Sequence record: OP557970.1
Reading direction: 5' to 3' (one strand)
DNA length: 64,000 bases
Source: Escherichia phage ph0021
The position numbers were made by a program, and so were the translations under genes. Below the pieces are notes generated by a model. The model did no database searches. It was not told the DNA's origin and saw nothing but the letters and a program-made list of their open reading frames with translations. How positions within the stretch are numbered: the stretch's first letter is position 1; the number at the start of each line of letters is the position of its first letter. Of the stretch, positions 59,560-64,000 are shown one piece after another.

Positions 59560-60561
59560 TTACTTAATTAACTGTAAAGCTTGTTCCAAACGATCAAGGC
59601 GATTAACAGATTCTTCCCAAATCCTTTTAGCCTTCTCATATTCTTTCTGTGCTTTATTAGAAATTTCTAGAACTTCTTTATAAGCTTTTTCCAATGCAAT
59701 AACTTCTGGACGAATTTCTACCGGTTCAGGCGAATCATCAAGACATTCCATTAGTTCCTCAAGAGTAGTTTCTTCTTTAGGAGTATTCACAATTTCTTCG
59801 CATTTTTGTTGGTAAATTTCTTTATCAGTTAGTGAATAAGCACATTTCACTTCACGAAGACTAATTACAATTTTATATCCTTCCCAACCACCAATATTTT
59901 TGAAAGGATATGTATGAATACTTTTTACAGTTTCCATACAATCCAAAGCCGTCTCTAATTGATGAGTTATAGTGCTAGCAATTGAGAAAAATTTATTAAT
60001 ATTCTTTTGGTTAGCTTCTGGTGTAAAAAATTCGTAATTCACAAAAATAGCTACTTTATTTTTATCAAGCTCATATTCTTTTACGATAATCATATCAGAA
60101 GCCAAAGGATGAATTTGACGATAATCGCCATAACATAATTTAGAAGCTGATTTTAGAATTTGTCCTTTAAAAAGTCTGAAATTACTAATCCAACGACGAG
60201 TAAAAATATTCTTAGGGTCTTCTTTGATATTAAGATGATAAGAATTAACATCACCGAACCAATTGTATCCTATTACATCTTTGGTTCGTTTAATTTCTTT
60301 CCCAAAATTACCAAGAATATCCCGATTAACTAAATATGAAAGAAGACGAGACCCTTTAAAGATTATCTTAATATCATCTTTATCTACACGGCTAGAAATT
60401 TCACGAACTTCATGAATAAATTTACTGGAAGAAACAATACTTGCATCAATACTGCTGAGCCATTGATTGATAATAGAAAGAACAGCGTTCTGACTAGACA
60501 TGGGTTTAACTTTATCATCAATAACCCTATTGAATGATTTGATATATTCGTTGCGAGTCAT
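59560..60561 (-). CDS. hypothetical protein with C-terminal coiled coil
   Basis: Real start MTRNEYIKSF after SD GAGGAG (333 aa); track ORF N-extended. Confidence 0.55.
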   Translation of the reverse strand: MTRNEYIKSFNRVIDDKVKPMSSQNAVLSIINQWLSSIDASIVSSSKFIHEVREISSRVDKDDIKIIFKGSRLLSYLVNRDILGNFGKEIKRTKDVIGYNWFGDVNSYHLNIKEDPKNIFTRRWISNFRLFKGQILKSASKLCYGDYRQIHPLASDMIIVKEYELDKNKVAIFVNYEFFTPEANQKNINKFFSIASTITHQLETALDCMETVKSIHTYPFKNIGGWEGYKIVISLREVKCAYSLTDKEIYQQKCEEIVNTPKEETTLEELMECLDDSPEPVEIRPEVIALEKAYKEVLEISNKAQKEYEKAKRIWEESVNRLDRLEQALQLIK

Positions 60562-60589
60562 ATTAATCTCCTCAGTAGAAAGTAAGAAC

Positions 60590-60619
60590 ATTATACCACA
60601 TCCTTGTGGCAAAGTAAAC
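60590..60619 (-). promoter_or_regulatory. T4 early-type promoter (GTTTAC / TATAAT)
   Basis: GTTTAC-18nt-TATAAT with palindromic spacer CCACAAGGATGTGG. Confidence 0.65.
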
Positions 60620-61638
60620 TAGTTTAGTGCATTTAGTGCGCTGTTCAGTTTAGAACGTTGCTTTGTCAGATTTTGAACCCTTGACTGAGCTTGTTCTAAC
60701 ACCTTTTCAGCTTCTAGCACTTCATTGGTCGCTTTAACGAGTTCATCATCTACTGTCTTAAGAGACTTCTCAATCGCATCCGCGTGCCATTTTTCAACAG
60801 GTTTAAGACTCGGATTTTCAGTAGGAAGAAAATTCACTTTATTAAATTTCCATGCATCTTTATTACCTGAGCTATACATCCAAAATTTAGGATCGTTTGA
60901 TGAGCAATTAGATAAATTTAAGTTATCTTGCACTTCCTGCTTTTTCTCTTGCGGGACTTCATCCTTTCTCAAAAAATCGTATTTAAATGAAACGATCATA
61001 TCAAGTTCATACGTTGTTGTGTCTAATTTAAATCGTTCAAAACGAGGTAAAATCTTAGATTGAACAGCGGCAACAACATCCATATACTTAAATGCTTCTG
61101 TCAACTGTGATTTAAGGCATTCACAAATTGAAAGAGAATTTTTTGTATTAGGTTTAAAGCTAATTCGTGCAGTTCTATTATTTTCTTTTAATGGTCTTAC
61201 TTCCATCTGAAGAGTATAACCATCGAATTTCAGGTTCTTTAAGTTAATGTCAGAACCTTTTAATCGACTAGCCGTCGACAAAATTTGCTTTAATTGTTTA
61301 CGGAATAGAGCAATAAATCTCCATTCAATACGATAATGATTTGGATTAAAAAATCCTGTTGATAAATCAACCTTACTCTGACCAACGCCTTGAACAAATA
61401 GAGGATTTTTATAATCAATAGTTTTACAGAAATCGGTGAGCTGCTCACGAGCAGTCATTTGTGTAATATATCCCGCTTTACTAAAATGACGTAACCATTC
61501 ACTGCTATTCATATACTTAAAGTGAATGGAACTATTAACTCTATCAGGGTCTAAATTATTTTGGCACAAAAATGTCATAACATCACGAGTATAGCTGGCA
61601 TTACGAACCATATCTTCAATTTGAGAACGAGTTTTCAT
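60619..61638 (-). CDS. hypothetical protein with C-terminal coiled coil
   Basis: 339 aa. Confidence 0.55.
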   Translation of the reverse strand: MKTRSQIEDMVRNASYTRDVMTFLCQNNLDPDRVNSSIHFKYMNSSEWLRHFSKAGYITQMTAREQLTDFCKTIDYKNPLFVQGVGQSKVDLSTGFFNPNHYRIEWRFIALFRKQLKQILSTASRLKGSDINLKNLKFDGYTLQMEVRPLKENNRTARISFKPNTKNSLSICECLKSQLTEAFKYMDVVAAVQSKILPRFERFKLDTTTYELDMIVSFKYDFLRKDEVPQEKKQEVQDNLNLSNCSSNDPKFWMYSSGNKDAWKFNKVNFLPTENPSLKPVEKWHADAIEKSLKTVDDELVKATNEVLEAEKVLEQAQSRVQNLTKQRSKLNSALNALN

Positions 61639-61646
61639 GGTGTTCC

Positions 61647-62558
61647 TTAAGATTTAAGTAAATCAACGATTTTAATTAATTTTTCACGCTCAGATTTAGC
61701 TTTACTACTCAATCCAGATAGTCTGAAAATTTCATCATCATATTGTTGAATAGAAATATTCAGCTCTTCAATCTGTTTATTAAAATAATCAATTTGTTCA
61801 GAATGTTTTTCGTTACTACGAACTGGTACAGGTTTTGTAGGCAATTTAGTTGAACTGGATTCATCCGGGCGATAAATTAAAATACAATTTGAACCAATCG
61901 GGCATTTAGCACCAGACACATATTCTAGTGTTCCAGCTTCTTTTAAAACTTCAAAAGCTAAACAGAGATGATGACCCATATTGACATAATCTGTAGAGTG
62001 AGCTCTGATATAATAATCATCTCCACGAGTACTAAATTTAAAGCATTTAAGGTCTTCTGTATTATTAGTTTTAAAAATCATTTGTTTATCTAGACCTTTA
62101 GCTAATCGAGCACCTAATGCTAATAATCGTCGTTGATTTTCCCATAAATCCGCAATCATTTGATCGAATGACAATTTCGGCATTAGTCGACCATAAAGGT
62201 CATATCCTTTATTATAATTGCGAAGAATTTCACTCGCGTTAATACGAGACAACGCTCCAATTTTATTAAGGGCTTTCATGATGCGATTAGATAAACTCAT
62301 TCCAGACCCGTTTGTTCGCTGTAAATGTTTTTCTAATCCAAATCCAATATCAACTTTAAATTTATCTAAAATTTTGGCATGAACATCTCTGTCAATAACA
62401 TTCAAATCCAAAGTTGGGTTAAATCTATGAAAAAATTTATCTGGCTCTCCACGACGAAGTACAGTCCATTCATTCATCATTTTTTTATTAACTAAAGATT
62501 TAATTACTGCATTGACATTATTAATTACTACTGACATATTTTCCTCACTCAATTTCAA
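61647..62558 (-). CDS. hypothetical protein with C-terminal coiled coil
   Basis: 303 aa. Confidence 0.55.
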   Translation of the reverse strand: MKLSEENMSVVINNVNAVIKSLVNKKMMNEWTVLRRGEPDKFFHRFNPTLDLNVIDRDVHAKILDKFKVDIGFGLEKHLQRTNGSGMSLSNRIMKALNKIGALSRINASEILRNYNKGYDLYGRLMPKLSFDQMIADLWENQRRLLALGARLAKGLDKQMIFKTNNTEDLKCFKFSTRGDDYYIRAHSTDYVNMGHHLCLAFEVLKEAGTLEYVSGAKCPIGSNCILIYRPDESSSTKLPTKPVPVRSNEKHSEQIDYFNKQIEELNISIQQYDDEIFRLSGLSSKAKSEREKLIKIVDLLKS

Positions 62559-62952
62559 TTTTACTAAATACGCAGAATATAATGGAAAAGACTATATAAG
62601 CACCACACACAGATTGAACTAATACCATTCCAAAGAACCAAACAATATTATCAAACCTTGTCTGTTTTACGTCGAAAGGACGTAAACTTACAGTAATATT
62701 ATCACCTTTTTCTATTGAAGAATACATCTCCGGTGAAATATATTCGCTAAATCTATAACCGTCTTTGAGTTCATATACAGCAATAAACGATAAACTAGAC
62801 CCCTTTCCTTGAGTTCCTGTAAGGGTATTAACTACAGTAACATCATAATCTTTATAATGCATATAATCATTAATAGCATAATAACCATATGCAACTACTA
62901 CGCATAAACAGCATATCAATAAATTCAATCTTTTAATTATCAACTGTTTCAT
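62545..62952 (-). CDS. hypothetical membrane protein
   Basis: 135 aa, hydrophobic segments at both ends. Confidence 0.5.
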   Translation of the reverse strand: MKQLIIKRLNLLICCLCVVVAYGYYAINDYMHYKDYDVTVVNTLTGTQGKGSSLSFIAVYELKDGYRFSEYISPEMYSSIEKGDNITVSLRPFDVKQTRFDNIVWFFGMVLVQSVCGAYIVFSIIFCVFSKIEIE

Positions 62953-62974
62953 AATAATCTCAATTAAAAGGGCT

Positions 62975-63005
62975 TAGAACCATTATACCATCCTTGGTAT
63001 AAAGC
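62975..63005 (-). promoter_or_regulatory. candidate extended -10 promoter (TGGTATAAT)
   Basis: TATAAT with upstream TG and palindromic TATACCAAGGATGGTATA; no GTTTAC. Confidence 0.4.
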
Positions 63006-63007
63006 GG

Positions 63008-63535
63008 TTATGCGAGTACCGTCTTTAACCGTTCTTCAAACTTCCGAAGAGTATTCTGGCGTTCAGCTCTTTGCTTTTTGTAAGTTTCAATACGCTCTGA
63101 AATGAGAGTGTATCGTTCATTTACTGATTCTTTCATAAAATCAGGAATTTCACGAGAAGCTTTAATCTCATCAAATTTATCAATAACAGCTTGCTCTTCA
63201 GCAATTAAGTTATCATACATCAAAATATCTTTCTTGATGAACTCAATATCTTCTTGAGTTACACGAGATAATTTAGATGCTTTATCCTTTTTGTACTGTT
63301 CGTTAGTATCACGAGACCAGTGTAATGTACGATTTTTATTCGTATTCTTATAAATTTCTACAATACCAATCTCATCAATAATAACGATCCAATTCCAACG
63401 GGATTTGTAAATTTGTCCTCCATCAACCGTGATTTCACCTCCGATTGAGATGTCATTAAAGAACTTGCTTTGTGCTTCAGATTTAAATTTACCATCGTTG
63501 TAATTTACCAGGTTGAAAATATCTTTAGCGTTCAT
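63008..63535 (-). CDS. hypothetical protein
   Basis: 175 aa, helical C-terminus. Confidence 0.5.
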   Translation of the reverse strand: MNAKDIFNLVNYNDGKFKSEAQSKFFNDISIGGEITVDGGQIYKSRWNWIVIIDEIGIVEIYKNTNKNRTLHWSRDTNEQYKKDKASKLSRVTQEDIEFIKKDILMYDNLIAEEQAVIDKFDEIKASREIPDFMKESVNERYTLISERIETYKKQRAERQNTLRKFEERLKTVLA

Positions 63536-63563
63536 TTTGTGTTCCTCCGTAGTTGATAGTTGT

Positions 63564-63593
63564 ATAGTACCACAGAGGAACAGTCTTGTAAAC
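63564..63593 (-). promoter_or_regulatory. T4 early-type promoter
   Basis: GTTTAC-18nt-TACTAT, leader CAACTACGGAGG. Confidence 0.65.
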
Positions 63594-63595
63594 CA

Positions 63596-63910
63596 CTAAA
63601 AGAAACTTCTTTCACAATTTTTTCCACTGAACCAAGCGCTCACTGCTTTCTTAGTCTCAGGAGCGGTGTTATCCATAAACCATTCAAAGGCAGCCTTTTT
63701 ATGATTCTGGAGGGCTTCTCGGGCTTTAATCTGCTCACGGTCTATTAACACTAACATATGAGCCTTTCTTGTCACCAAGGGCTTCTTATGATTCTTGGAG
63801 TATTCCCAGTCATTTGTCCAACGCATTGTCGTTGCGAACTGATGAACCGCGTCTTTAATTTTAGTTTCGTAAATTTCACGAGCCTTTGAGTATAACATCA
63901 CTACCTCCAT
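63596..63910 (-). CDS. hypothetical protein
   Basis: 104 aa, basic. Confidence 0.5.
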   Translation of the reverse strand: MEVVMLYSKAREIYETKIKDAVHQFATTMRWTNDWEYSKNHKKPLVTRKAHMLVLIDREQIKAREALQNHKKAAFEWFMDNTAPETKKAVSAWFSGKNCERSFF

Positions 63911-64000
63911 TCACCAATTTAATTCTAGTCATCTTTTTGATGGCAGTCCATATAATCTATTTCTGAACCGCCTTTTTGTCTTAGAAGACCTCTTATGAAT

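Noticed and set aside
1-64000. CRISPR arrays, tRNA or rRNA genes, integrase or transposase
   Set aside because: No regularly spaced direct repeats, no cloverleaf-like conserved tRNA segments noticed, no recombinase-like ORF; the only mobile-type gene is the HNH endonuclease

Overview
This window is a contiguous stretch of a T-even (T4-like) myovirus genome. It begins on the + strand with the late long-tail-fibre/lysis genes (3' part of gene 36, gene 37, a glycine-rich T2-type gene 38 adhesin, holin t). From about 5.1 kb to the end it is almost entirely minus-strand early/middle genes in canonical T4 order: asiA, arn, motA, 52, ac, stp, ndd, denB, rIIB, rIIA, 39, dexA, dda, modA/modB, soc, 56, 61, dmd/sp cluster, 41, 40, uvsX, a glycosyltransferase, 42, imm, 43, regA, 62, 44, 45, rpbA, 46, 47, a-gt, 55, nrdH/G/D, 49, pin, nrdC, then a block of uncharacterised ORFs. 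All identifications rest on reading the supplied translations against remembered T4 proteins and gene order; nothing was searched. The backbone looks T2/T6-like rather than T4 proper: gene 39 is unsplit, nrdD is one continuous ORF, gp38 is the adhesin type, and no segF/mobA/mobC-sized ORFs sit at their T4 positions. I saw no tRNA, rRNA, CRISPR array or transposon. I did not find a clear-cut self-contained novel system. The best candidates are: (1) an HNH homing-endonuclease gene plus a convergent plus-strand membrane micro-ORF between genes 56 and 61, where I recall T4 carrying dam; (2) a frameshifted soc; (3) a module of four tandem 300-350 aa proteins with coiled-coil C-termini beyond nrdC; (4) tandem paralog sets (motB-like pair, three small proteins before dda); (5) a composite hairpin + AGCTTTA box + TATAAT element present twice. 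Regulatory signals are a dispersed family of about 14 near-identical early promoters (GTTTAC -35, TAcTAT/TATAAT -10, conserved leader) and about a dozen GC-stem hairpins with UUCG-type loops.
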